Positions 1 through 8,072 of a stretch of DNA of 32,000 nucleotides are shown here, in pieces. This DNA comes from Candidatus Saccharimonadota bacterium. GTDB taxonomy: Archaea > Nanohalarchaeota > Nanosalinia > Nanosalinales > Nanosalinaceae. Below the pieces are notes generated by a model. That model did not search any database. It saw only the letters and a program-made list of their open reading frames with translations, and was not told the origin of the DNA. A program made the translations under genes and the position numbers. Position 1 is the first letter of the stretch. Every line of letters begins with the position of its first letter. Where the stretch lies: NCBI RefSeq assembly GCF_029232205.1, contig NZ_CP107255.1, positions 1,014,960 to 1,046,959 of the forward strand, read 5' to 3'.

Positions 1-129
1 TTTTACCGCGTCCTTCACTATTTCTCCGGCCTCTGATATGAAATCCATTATTCTGAACTCTGGTGGGGCCTGCATGTCGTTTTCTTCAAGAAATTCTGAT
101 ACTCTGTTTTGTTGTTGGCGGAGAGACAT
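1..129 (-). CDS. MazG-like nucleotide pyrophosphohydrolase; only the N-terminal 43 codons are present and the gene runs off the window start
   Basis: Hand translation of the minus strand from the ATG at 129 gives MSLRQQQNRVSEFLEENDMQAPPEFRIMDFISEAGEIVKDAVK, and the frame stays open to position 1. The N-terminal helix followed by an E-x-GE motif resembles MazG/YpjD-type enzymes. The gene ends 3 nt from the stop of the downstream ogg gene. Confidence 0.45.
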   Translation of the reverse strand, partial: MSLRQQQNRVSEFLEENDMQAPPEFRIMDFISEAGEIVKDAVK

Positions 130-132
130 CCT

Positions 133-1032
133 TTATTCGACCTCTATATGTCCTTTTCTTGCGGCGTGAAAGATATATTCCTGGGCATAACCAGAGTACT
201 CGCCGAAGTGTTCTCTCATGTTTTCAGATAGTTGATCGTATTTATCAGCGTAGAGATCCTCAAAATGACTTTTCAAGGCCTTATCTGCCCACGTATCGAT
301 TGGGTAGGCCTCGTAGAATCCTAGAGAGAAGAGAAGTACGCAGTCCGCTACTTTGTCTCCTACGCCGTACAGTTTCTTCATTTCTTCGCGGGCCTCGACG
401 TACTCCATTTCTCCGACTTCTTCAGCTTCAAAGCTTTCTTCCTCCAGAATTTTGAGAGTTTCTACTATGTATTTTGCTCTGTAACCTGTTCCCAGTTCTC
501 TGAGTTCTTCTTCAGAGGCCTGTGAAAGTTCTTCCCTAGTAGGGAATCTTAGTAGTTCTTTTCCATTGATTTCTCTTGTTTCGCCGTATTTTCTGGCGAT
601 TTCGTTGTGCATTTTCTTGATTCGTGGTATTCTCATCTGTGGCGAAAGCAGATAGGAGATAAGACATGGGAAGAATTCGTCCTGTACAATTCTGAGGCCC
701 CAGAGATATTCTTTTGCCTCTGAAAGTTTCTGATTTTCCGGAAATGTCTGGAAGATGTCTTCCAGATCGTGATGTATTCCGAGGGCCTCTTCTACTTCTT
801 CTCTTGGCAGTTCTGTTTCTACAATTATTTCGTTGTCTTTTTCCTCTACTATTATCGGTTTCTTGTTTCTGAATGTGTAGAACCGGGAATTCTTTTCGGA
901 TTCAGAAGATTCTTGGTCTTCGGATGCTTCTTCGTAGAGTTTGCCGTTTACTCGATGCCAGCAGAATGTCTGGCCACAGGTCATTGTCTGTTCCAGGTCG
1001 AAGTCTTCCGCCGGTATCGAGAATTTTTGCAT
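133..1032 (-). CDS. ogg: 8-oxoguanine DNA glycosylase / AP lyase (Ogg, HhH-GPD family)
   Basis: 299 aa ORF. The N-terminus has the ...GQTFCWH... motif. The helix-hairpin-helix/GPD region reads LYGVGDKVADCVLLFSLGFYEAYPIDTWADKAL, which is typical of the Ogg1/Ogg2 family. Confidence 0.85.
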   Translation of the reverse strand: MQKFSIPAEDFDLEQTMTCGQTFCWHRVNGKLYEEASEDQESSESEKNSRFYTFRNKKPIIVEEKDNEIIVETELPREEVEEALGIHHDLEDIFQTFPENQKLSEAKEYLWGLRIVQDEFFPCLISYLLSPQMRIPRIKKMHNEIARKYGETREINGKELLRFPTREELSQASEEELRELGTGYRAKYIVETLKILEEESFEAEEVGEMEYVEAREEMKKLYGVGDKVADCVLLFSLGFYEAYPIDTWADKALKSHFEDLYADKYDQLSENMREHFGEYSGYAQEYIFHAARKGHIEVE

Positions 1033-1059
1033 GGAATATCTAGTGGTGAGAAAGAGTTT

Positions 1060-1254
1060 TTAGTCCGAGTCCTTCTTCGAGTACTTGAAGAATCCTGTAC
1101 CTTTTTCCTCGTCGTAGTCGTCGCTCTTGTCTTTGGTCTTCTTTGCATCTCTTTTCAGGTAGCTGCGGCCGCATTGGTGGCATTTTACTCTTTTCTGGGC
1201 CTTGCTTCGCTGTTTGTAGCCGCAGTCCGGGCACTGGTAGAAGACCTTTGACAT
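1060..1254 (-). CDS. Small zinc-ribbon protein with a basic then acidic tail
   Basis: 64 aa ORF with CPDCG...14 residues...CHQCG, that is two CxxC knuckles. It is tightly packed between the ogg and DUF123 genes. I prefer it to the overlapping alternative frame 1040..1234, which has no motif. Confidence 0.6.
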   Translation of the reverse strand: MSKVFYQCPDCGYKQRSKAQKRVKCHQCGRSYLKRDAKKTKDKSDDYDEEKGTGFFKYSKKDSD

Positions 1255-1256
1255 GT

Positions 1257-1631
1257 TTATTTCTCCTTTGCTGAATGTGTTAAGCTCTTCGGTATTTTGA
1301 ACAGATGTGAGTTTTTACTGGAGTCGGAGGCCCCGAATTCCGGTACCGGTTCTGCTATTTTCTCCATGATGGAGGCCATGATTTGTTCGTATTCCGAGGT
1401 TTCCGGCAGTATGAAGTAGTCGTAGGTTGAGGCCTTTTCTGTGAGGTAGTCTATGTGCCAGTGTAGTTTTTTGTCGCTGGAGAAGTGTCTTTGCAGTCTT
1501 TTTTCGACTGAGTTCTGTGCTGATCCGATGTATGCATAGTGGCCTTTGGAGAATTTTATTTGGCCTAGAGCTCCTACTTCGATTTCTCTGTCTTTTTCTA
1601 ACTCTATGAAAAGCATGTAGACTCCTTTCAT
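1257..1631 (-). CDS. GIY-YIG superfamily nuclease-like protein (archaeal DUF123 type)
   Basis: The ORF track runs to a TTG at 1649. The ATG at 1631 gives MKGVYMLFIELEKDREIEVGALG...GHYAYIGSA...RLQRH...HWHIDYL, the characteristic DUF123/Uri-like layout. Confidence 0.75.
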   Translation of the reverse strand: MKGVYMLFIELEKDREIEVGALGQIKFSKGHYAYIGSAQNSVEKRLQRHFSSDKKLHWHIDYLTEKASTYDYFILPETSEYEQIMASIMEKIAEPVPEFGASDSSKNSHLFKIPKSLTHSAKEK

Positions 1632-1672
1632 CACTGCACGTTTTAACAAATTGGCTGCGAGTTTTTAGTATT

Positions 1673-1960
1673 ATGAGATCGGAGCTGCGTGATGGTCTTA
1701 TCTACGGTCTTTTTCTTGCAGGCCTGACTTTTCTGACTGTGAAGGTTCTCGGTTTCAATCCTGCTTCTCTTACTGTTCTGCTGTATCTTAACGTGTTGAT
1801 GGGGTTAGTGATCAATCTCAGGTCTGAGAATCTGGGTCTCGAATCTGTTTTCGGCCAGTTGATGGTTGCCGTTGAAGGAGAAGAGCAGAAGGTTAAGAGA
1901 GTTTTTACCGGCGAAGAGTATGTTTTGAACGGCACGATGGAGAAGATTGAGGAGAATTAG
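1673..1960 (+). CDS. Small hypothetical membrane protein with two predicted TM helices
   Basis: 95 aa ORF with two hydrophobic stretches (LIYGLFLAGLTFLTVKVLGF and LTVLLYLNVLMGLVINL). No recognisable family. A TATA-like TTTTAA lies about 28 nt upstream of the ATG. Confidence 0.4.
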   Translation: MRSELRDGLIYGLFLAGLTFLTVKVLGFNPASLTVLLYLNVLMGLVINLRSENLGLESVFGQLMVAVEGEEQKVKRVFTGEEYVLNGTMEKIEEN

Positions 1961-2742
1961 CTGTAGGTTATCTCCGCGTATTTCAGGCCTTCATCTGTGT
2001 AGACTGTTAGTTTTCCTGAGTCGCTGTACAGTGTCATGCCTGTTTCGTATACCGCGTCGACATTCATAGGGCCTTCTCCCGTGTAGAAGCTGTAGGTCTG
2101 ACCTGGCTCTATTTTCACTTCTTTTATGTTGTAGCTATCGCTGTAGCTTGGTGATGCACTGTGTAGTCGCCAGCCTGAAAGATCTACTGCTTTCTCGGCC
2201 TTGTTGGTTATGTTTACGTATTCCTGTTCGCCTTCGACTATATCGAATTCTAGTTCTGGTAGTTCTGATCTTATGGCCTTTGTCTCGCGTTTTTCTAGCT
2301 CTTTTACTTTGTTATGTATTTTTTCTTTGATGTCGGCCCTGATTTTTTCTACTTTTGTTCTGTTGAGGCCTTCAAATTTTTCGAATCTTCTTCCTTTTCT
2401 TACTCCTGTTGTTAGTGTTCCGTAGGGTGTTGTTATTCTTTCTTTTCTCATGGATGCGTTGGATAAAGTGATTTTGAGAGTGGCTCGCGGCGTTCTGTAC
2501 TTCGTTACCTGTTTCTCCGGGCTTTCTGTTTTCTGTATCGTGTAATCTGTTGTTTTCATCTCCGAGTTTCTTGTTGCGTTGGAGAATTCCAGGCCGAACG
2601 TGGATCCGAATTTTCCTTCTTCATTTATTTGGAAGAATTTATTTGATTGAGAGCTTATTTGGACTGTTTCTGCAGCTGCCGGAATAGATATTACAAGCGT
2701 GATAAGTAGTGCTGTGATTATAGAGTCTCTTTTGAGGCCCAC
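1957..2742 (-). CDS. Secreted protein with a C-terminal lamin-tail-domain (LTD)-like module
   Basis: 261 aa. It has an N-terminal signal or anchor sequence (IITALLITLVISIPAAA). The C-terminus reads EYVNITNKAEKAVDLSGWRLHS...IEPGQTYSFYTGEG...LYSDSGKLTVYTDEG, which matches the LTD pattern. Confidence 0.6.
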   Translation of the reverse strand: MGLKRDSIITALLITLVISIPAAAETVQISSQSNKFFQINEEGKFGSTFGLEFSNATRNSEMKTTDYTIQKTESPEKQVTKYRTPRATLKITLSNASMRKERITTPYGTLTTGVRKGRRFEKFEGLNRTKVEKIRADIKEKIHNKVKELEKRETKAIRSELPELEFDIVEGEQEYVNITNKAEKAVDLSGWRLHSASPSYSDSYNIKEVKIEPGQTYSFYTGEGPMNVDAVYETGMTLYSDSGKLTVYTDEGLKYAEITYS

Positions 2743-2782
2743 TTTACCTAAAAGTAAAAATAGAGGATTTTTTAAGTCTGGC

Positions 2783-3784
2783 CTAGAGTTCGCTGTAGTT
2801 GTTGTTGAATACTACCAGAGTTGATCTGAGAACCCCCAGGACTATTGGGCCCAGGAAGAGGCCTGCTGCTCCGAATAGGTATACTCCGCCAAGCACTCCG
2901 ATAATTATTACTGCAGGATGGAGTTCTGCGGATTTATCTACGACTATCGGCCGGAGGAAGTTGTCTGTGAGGCCTACTACTACCAGTCCATAGGCGAATA
3001 GTATCATTCCTTCGAATACGTGGTCGATCATTATGAGGTATACTGCTGCAGGCCCCCAGATGAGGAAGGATCCTACTATCGGTAGGAATGCCAGGATTGT
3101 CATGACGAATGTCCAGAAGTACGGGTTTGGTACTCCTGTGGCGTAGAGGCCTATTCCTGCGACGAGTCCCTGTGCGATGGCGACGAGTACGTGGCCTTTG
3201 ACTACGGCCCACGTGGTTTTGTTTGTTCTTTCCAGCAGGCTATCCTGGATGTCGTGTGGTAGCGGGAATACGTCTTTCATCCATTCTATGAGTTTGTCGC
3301 CGTCTTTGATGAAGTAGTAGAGAAGGAAGAGCATCAGTGAGACTCCTATAGCAAGATTTGCGATTACGTTGAATATTTGGGATACGTTTCCAAAGGATAT
3401 TGTTGAGAATTTTCTGATTATTTCTCTGACATTTTGTTCTACATTTAGATCTTCTCCTGTTATCTGTTCAAGCCTCGAGTCTATTCGGGAGAGATCAATT
3501 GTTTCAAGATCCCCTATTCTGGCTGATAGATCCTGTGCATCGTCAACTACCACGCTTGCTGCCAGAACCATAGGTACGATCGCGAGAAATATCGCCAGAA
3601 ATACCAGAAATCCTGCGCTAGCAACCTGGCCTGTCATTGGAGCTATTCTTTTGTGGAGAGGCCTTAGAACAAACGCAAGTATTGCAGCTCCGGCAATGTA
3701 CGGCAAAAATGGTTTCACCATTAGGCCTGCGATCGCGCCTACGACTGCTATTAGAAGAAGTAAGAAGCCTCTCTTTTCATTCAT
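2783..3784 (-). CDS. AI-2E family transporter (PerM/UPF0118)
   Basis: 333 aa polytopic membrane protein. The layout and the C-terminal FLRPIVVDKSAELHPAVIIIGVLGGVYLFGAAGLFLGPIVL region are typical of the AI-2E family. Confidence 0.8.
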   Translation of the reverse strand: MNEKRGFLLLLIAVVGAIAGLMVKPFLPYIAGAAILAFVLRPLHKRIAPMTGQVASAGFLVFLAIFLAIVPMVLAASVVVDDAQDLSARIGDLETIDLSRIDSRLEQITGEDLNVEQNVREIIRKFSTISFGNVSQIFNVIANLAIGVSLMLFLLYYFIKDGDKLIEWMKDVFPLPHDIQDSLLERTNKTTWAVVKGHVLVAIAQGLVAGIGLYATGVPNPYFWTFVMTILAFLPIVGSFLIWGPAAVYLIMIDHVFEGMILFAYGLVVVGLTDNFLRPIVVDKSAELHPAVIIIGVLGGVYLFGAAGLFLGPIVLGVLRSTLVVFNNNYSEL

Positions 3785-3807
3785 GGATATAACTGCGTTA
3801 TACAGTT

Positions 3808-4998
3808 TTACATAATTACTCCGGTTCCAGCAAACATAAGCAGGGCTGGAATTATCAGCACCGACATTACTACAGCATTCTGATCATGTGTTCTGGCGGC
3901 AAATCCTATTGCTGAGGCTGTTGCGAGAACCAGTAGACCAGGAAGGCCTGTAAACAGGCAGGTTATAGAGATGAGAAGTAGAAGTGTTGCGGCCGTTACC
4001 TTTCTGTAGTCTATTTTCTGGATTATGTCAACGTAGCTGTAGGATACTTTCAGACAGATGAAGTAGGATAAAATTGCCGAGATCAGGGCCACTGCAGTCA
4101 TTTTAAGCATCAGGCCTTCTGAAATTTCTGTCAGCTGGTTTATGGCAACTGATGCCCCACTCCTTGGAGAACCTATAATATAGAGTGCCAGCAGAGAAGT
4201 TACGATGTCGGAAGAGTTGACTCCACCAAGCGCGGTGATGAAGTCATCCTTTTTTCTTGAGATAGGTGTCAAGAACGTTGTGGAGATCGCTGGGCCTATC
4301 CCGGGTACTATCCCTGCAATCAGGCCTGCTAGCGCACCAATCACCCCCGAGAAGTAGGTTGTATCTGTTTCAAATTCTCTTTCTTGTTCAGGTAGTTCTG
4401 TGTCTTCTCTGATTGCTGTTGTCATGGCTGGTACTGCGAAGAGACCTGTGAATACCGGTATGAGTACAAAGTTCTGGTTGACAGGCAGGTTGAATGAGTA
4501 GATTCCGAGCAGGCCTGATGCCGCCGCCAGCTGAAGTGATTTTGCTATGTCTTCCGTGTTGATTACTGCAAATATCAGGAAGAAGAATAGTATGTAGAAC
4601 ATGTGCGGGCTTATAATCGAGTAGACTGTTTCAAGGCCTAGAAGGAGTACTGGTGAGAGGATCAGTATGAATATTATTGCTGTGAGGCCTCCTTTTGCTG
4701 TTTTCTGGAATGCTTTGAGGCCTTTTCCATTTTTTACTGCTTTTGCTCCCGGTATTGTGGAGAGTGCTGTAGTTGCGTTTGGGGCGTGAAGAAATATTGC
4801 CGGTAGGAAGTCGTGGAATGTGTGGGAGACCGAGATTGAGATGATAAATGCTAGATAGATTGTGAGGCCTATTGACGATTGCAGATAGTATGGCAGGCTT
4901 ATGAATACTACTGTGTTGGGGTGTATTCCTGGTGTAAGGCCTGTTATTGTTCCTGCTAGTGTTCCTAGTATAATTATTGGTATTATTTCTGGGCCGAT
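3808..4998 (-). CDS. DUF112 / TctA-like integral membrane protein; the start codon is unresolved
   Basis: The ORF track starts at the ATG at 4602. Hand translation shows the same frame stays open upstream to a stop at 5074-5076. That upstream stretch encodes a membrane N-terminus typical of the family (IGPEIIPIIILGTLAGTITGLTPGIHPNTVVFISLPYY...). The downstream motif GIVPGIGPAISTTFLTP is also TctA/DUF112-like. No ATG, GTG or TTG exists in frame upstream of 4602. Confidence 0.65.
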   Translation of the reverse strand: MGPEIIPIIILGTLAGTITGLTPGIHPNTVVFISLPYYLQSSIGLTIYLAFIISISVSHTFHDFLPAIFLHAPNATTALSTIPGAKAVKNGKGLKAFQKTAKGGLTAIIFILILSPVLLLGLETVYSIISPHMFYILFFFLIFAVINTEDIAKSLQLAAASGLLGIYSFNLPVNQNFVLIPVFTGLFAVPAMTTAIREDTELPEQEREFETDTTYFSGVIGALAGLIAGIVPGIGPAISTTFLTPISRKKDDFITALGGVNSSDIVTSLLALYIIGSPRSGASVAINQLTEISEGLMLKMTAVALISAILSYFICLKVSYSYVDIIQKIDYRKVTAATLLLLISITCLFTGLPGLLVLATASAIGFAARTHDQNAVVMSVLIIPALLMFAGTGVIM

Positions 4999-5023
4999 GT
5001 TTGTGTTTGATCGGGCAAGTGGA

Positions 5024-5029
5024 TTTAAA
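5024..5029. promoter_or_regulatory. Palindromic TATA-like box TTTAAA shared by the divergent nac and DUF112 genes
   Basis: It lies about 25 nt upstream of the nac ATG (5052) and about 28 nt from codon ATC 4998, where the conserved DUF112 N-terminus begins. This spacing fits leaderless archaeal transcripts. Confidence 0.4.
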
Positions 5030-5051
5030 GTGCAGGGTGTAATGTTTGGGT

Positions 5052-5360
5052 ATGTTTGGCGGACAGGATATGTCTAAGATGATGAAGCAGATGGGCATGG
5101 ATATGGAAGAGATCGATGCCGATCGCGTAGTAGTAGAAATCGGAGATAAGAAAATGGTTTTTGAGAACCCTCAGCTCTCCAAGATATCGGTTCAGGGCCA
5201 GGATATGTTCCAGCTTCAGGGAGATTACTCTGAAGAGGAAGATGTCAGCGGCGAGGACGTGCAGCTGGTTATGGAGAAGACCGGTGCTTCCGAGGAAGAA
5301 GCGAAGAAGGCCTTGGAAGATAATGACGATGTTGCAGGCGCAGTAATGGACCTGCAGTAA
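5052..5360 (+). CDS. nac: Nascent polypeptide-associated complex protein (archaeal NAC alpha, NAC plus UBA domains)
   Basis: MFGGQDMSKMMKQMGMDMEEIDADRVVVEI...ENPQLSKISVQGQDMFQL is the canonical archaeal NAC N-terminus and NAC domain. The C-terminal EDVQLVMEKTGASEEEAKKALEDNDDVAGAVMDL is UBA-like. The ORF track begins at a TTG at 5046, but the ATG at 5052 is more likely. Confidence 0.88.
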   Translation: MFGGQDMSKMMKQMGMDMEEIDADRVVVEIGDKKMVFENPQLSKISVQGQDMFQLQGDYSEEEDVSGEDVQLVMEKTGASEEEAKKALEDNDDVAGAVMDLQ

Positions 5361-5375
5361 TTTCTACTTCTCAAA

Positions 5376-5381
5376 TTTTTT
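5376..5381 (+). terminator. T6 run downstream of nac, a possible archaeal oligo-T terminator
   Basis: TTTTTT lies 16 nt after the nac stop, in the only sizeable convergent spacer of the window. Confidence 0.3.
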
Positions 5382-5389
5382 CTCTAATT

Positions 5390-7057
5390 TTACTTTTCCT
5401 TCTCAATGTACTCCACGTATTTGGAGTATGCAGGCCTTGTGACTGTGATTCCGATCAGGATTCCGAGGATTGTTGTTGCTGCGAATCCGTGGATTGTCTG
5501 AAGTGCTGCGCTGGATGGGCCTACTGCTGAGGTTACTATTGATACTGCTAGCGCCATGCTTCCGATTGCTACGAAGCTGTAGTTTGTTCTTCTGCTGTAG
5601 AATGCGTAGCCTATGAGGCTGGCACCCGCGATTCCGATCAGTATGCTTGCTGTTCCTGCGCTTAGGATTGGGAACATTGCTCCGATTGTTGAGGCTGCGG
5701 ATGTGAAGATTACGAAGAATGCTCTCTTCATTCTTTCTGAGACGCTTCTTACCTGTTCTTTACCAGATTCGTCCGTAATAATAATCTGGTCGTCGACTCC
5801 CGTACCTACCGCGGCGATAATTCCAGCGATTGCGGACAGGCTGATGCTGCCTAGCTGTGTGAACCAGCTCCAGAATCCGAAGAGGATGTAGACTTCCGAG
5901 GCCCCTGTCAGAACGATTGGAAGTGCGTATCTTATGTCGTCATATCTTACGAAGACCAGCAGGCCTACAGCTACTAGCGATCCTATAATTGCAAGGATTG
6001 AGGCCAGCATGAACTGCGATCCCAGTGCTGCTGATATACGGGACACGCTTTCGATCTGTACAGGCACAGGCAGTTTACCTGATTTGAGTATTGTTTGAAG
6101 TTCTCTGGCGTTGTCACGGGCCTCTGATGGGCTTGCTCCTGTTGCTGAGATGGAGGATCTTGTGCTGTAAGGTTCTTCTCCGAGGCCTGATGCTACTGTT
6201 AGTGCATTTCTTAGTTCGCCGTCGACGTAAAGTCTTAGTCTTGCTGGGCTGCCGTCGTCAAGCTGTAGCTGTGAGTTTTCGCTTGTAATAGATGGCAGGT
6301 AGTTGCTGAAGATTAGGCCTGTGTCCATTGCTGCTTCTTTTTCTAGCTGGATTGGGAAGCTTGTTCTGAACTGGCTTCCTGATCCTCTTGTTCTTCTTTC
6401 GTTCCAGTTGACTGAGAGGATGTCTTCTCCGTTGTATGCTATTACTTCAAGTCTGCTGACGTCTTCCGTCGAGTTCTCATAGAAGAATGTTGTTTCAGCT
6501 GCTGTGAATCTGTCTTCTGGCTGGAAGACTCCTATCTGGTTGAGGTTGCCGTTTGTTACTCTGCTTACTGTTACGTTCGAGCCTTGTTTCTGGAAGTTGA
6601 GCTGTGTTTCGTTCTGATAGTTTACTGTCAGATTCTTTGAGTCTCCGACGTTAAGTGGCATTCGGGCCTCGAAGCTTCCTTGCTGGCTGATAAGTTCTCG
6701 TAGCTTGGTCTGGTTAGTATTTGCTGTCTGGAGCTGTATCTTGTACTGGCCGTCTCCCAGGTCGACTACTCTGACCTGTGCATCTCCCAGATCGGAGCTT
6801 GCTATTCTCAGGCCTAGCACGTCTTTAACGTCTGTTGCCACGCTCTGTAGTTCCTGGCCTGTGGCGTTGGTCTGTGGTGTGAGGAGCATTCTTGTTCCTC
6901 CGGAGAACTGGATTCCTGTTCTATCCTCCAGCTGCGTGGTCATTACTACGTCTCCGTTCCTATTTTCGTATGATGGGCCTATCCACAGTGTTGAGATTCC
7001 GAGTGCTAGAAGTAGTACCCAGATTCTCCATTCTTTCATGAATTCCTTTACTTCCAT
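5390..7057 (-). CDS. secD: Protein-export membrane protein SecD
   Basis: 555 aa. It has an N-terminal TM helix, a large extracytoplasmic domain with GIQFSGGTRMLL, and a C-terminal six-TM bundle (...GTGVDDQIIITDE...). It overlaps the upstream secF by 10 nt. Confidence 0.88.
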   Translation of the reverse strand: MEVKEFMKEWRIWVLLLALGISTLWIGPSYENRNGDVVMTTQLEDRTGIQFSGGTRMLLTPQTNATGQELQSVATDVKDVLGLRIASSDLGDAQVRVVDLGDGQYKIQLQTANTNQTKLRELISQQGSFEARMPLNVGDSKNLTVNYQNETQLNFQKQGSNVTVSRVTNGNLNQIGVFQPEDRFTAAETTFFYENSTEDVSRLEVIAYNGEDILSVNWNERRTRGSGSQFRTSFPIQLEKEAAMDTGLIFSNYLPSITSENSQLQLDDGSPARLRLYVDGELRNALTVASGLGEEPYSTRSSISATGASPSEARDNARELQTILKSGKLPVPVQIESVSRISAALGSQFMLASILAIIGSLVAVGLLVFVRYDDIRYALPIVLTGASEVYILFGFWSWFTQLGSISLSAIAGIIAAVGTGVDDQIIITDESGKEQVRSVSERMKRAFFVIFTSAASTIGAMFPILSAGTASILIGIAGASLIGYAFYSRRTNYSFVAIGSMALAVSIVTSAVGPSSAALQTIHGFAATTILGILIGITVTRPAYSKYVEYIEKEK

Positions 7058-7971
7058 TTTATCATCTCCTCAAGGTTGTCGAAGTCTCCATCGACGTATT
7101 TCTTCAGTATTATTGCGTTTCCGAACCATGTTAGCGGCATATCCGCCAGTAGTCCGATAAGCATTACTGCAGCAATATTTGAGAGCTCTGAAGGCCCTAC
7201 AATCAAGTATGATACTATGAATAGTAGTGTGAATCCTGCTATTCCTCCTGAGCTCATTGTTACTCCTGTTTTGACGGAGCTCCACATTCTTTTTCTCAGG
7301 CTCTTTCTTTCTCTCTTCAGGACTCTTGTTGATAGTACAATGTCTGTGTCGACCGAGTATCCGATAAGCATCAGTAGTGCCGCGAAAGATCCGAGCGTTA
7401 GTTGTATATTGAACAAGGCCATTCCTGCTAGCGCTACTATAATGTCTCCTGCTGCTGCAAATATTACTGCAAGAGAGGGTACTACGTCTTTGAATGCTGC
7501 GAAGATTACCAAACTCATTATCATGAATGCAAGTGCGAATGCGATCGAGGCCTGCAGGAAGAACTGTCCTGAGACTGCTGTGGATATTGATGAGAAGCTT
7601 TCTGCTGTTGCATTGTAGCCTCCTTGCTGCATTATTGTCTCGGCCTGATCAGAGTCGTTGATGCTTGGTGGAGGAATCTGTACTACAAGCTGTGAGCCAT
7701 TTCCGCTCTGTGTCTGCAGTCTTAAAGCGTTGACTCCAGAATATCCCTGTTCTGAGAAAACTGATTCAACGTCGTCCGTGTTGAAGTCTCCCTGGACGCT
7801 GTATGTGACCTCGGTACCTCCTGTAAAGTCCAGGCCTTTGCCGACGACTTCTCCTGTAAATGCATAGTTCGCTACCAGGATCGCCAGTGCTACAAGAATT
7901 ATGGCTACTGGTATCTTCAGGTATTTGTCGAAGTCGTCGTATATATTATTGAATCTTTTTTCGAGGTCCAC
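7048..7971 (-). CDS. secF: Protein-export membrane protein SecF
   Basis: 307 aa. It contains the GLDFTGGTEV motif and the SecF-type TM bundle (LIGYSVDTDIVLSTRVLKR). Confidence 0.88.
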   Translation of the reverse strand: MDLEKRFNNIYDDFDKYLKIPVAIILVALAILVANYAFTGEVVGKGLDFTGGTEVTYSVQGDFNTDDVESVFSEQGYSGVNALRLQTQSGNGSQLVVQIPPPSINDSDQAETIMQQGGYNATAESFSSISTAVSGQFFLQASIAFALAFMIMSLVIFAAFKDVVPSLAVIFAAAGDIIVALAGMALFNIQLTLGSFAALLMLIGYSVDTDIVLSTRVLKRERKSLRKRMWSSVKTGVTMSSGGIAGFTLLFIVSYLIVGPSELSNIAAVMLIGLLADMPLTWFGNAIILKKYVDGDFDNLEEMIKWK

Positions 7972-7992
7972 GAAAAAGTGTCAGTTAGAAGG

Positions 7993-8000
7993 TTTTTAAA
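7993..8000. promoter_or_regulatory. TATA-like box TTTTTAAA for secF; an A-rich AATAAAAAA element near 8036-8044 may serve aglB
   Basis: It is centred about 25 nt upstream of the secF ATG (7971) within the near-palindrome GGTTTTTAAACC. The second AT-rich element lies about 33 nt upstream of the aglB ATG (8073). Confidence 0.35.
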
Positions 8001-8072
8001 CCATTTGGCACCTCTACGTATGGGTTCATGCAAGCAATAAAAAACATGTATGCCTAATTCAGGGACAGGGCC

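Noticed and set aside
63-455. 130-aa plus-strand ORF starting with GTG at the left end
   Set aside because: It is antisense to the ogg 3' region and the MazG-like 5' region. It is Arg/Pro/Leu-rich, again from AGGCCT read as Arg-Pro, and has no support.
1040-1234. Alternative 64-aa minus-strand ORF overlapping the zinc-ribbon gene in another frame
   Set aside because: It lacks any motif and is Arg/Lys/Gln-rich. The 1060..1254 frame has two CxxC knuckles and fits the tight operon spacing.
769-1251. 160-aa plus-strand ORF opposite the ogg and zinc-ribbon genes
   Set aside because: It is antisense to two well-supported genes. Its Phe/Val/Leu-rich sequence is typical of the reverse complement of acidic coding DNA, and it has no motifs.
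4631-5098. 155-aa minus-strand ORF rich in Arg, Pro, Asn and Thr (…HRPRNNTNNYTRNTSRNNNRPYTRN…)
   Set aside because: It is a shadow frame of the DUF112/TctA-like gene and overlaps the nac start. The repeated RP dipeptides are simply AGGCCT copies read in phase 1. The composition is low-complexity and non-protein-like.
7076-7618. 180-aa plus-strand ORF, with other long antisense ORFs (3369..3815, 6705..7160, 19412..19873, 21945..22499, 22907..23215, 25181..25501, 27305..27820)
   Set aside because: All lie entirely inside genes with clear family signatures on the opposite strand. All have Ser/Leu/Phe-rich shadow-ORF composition.
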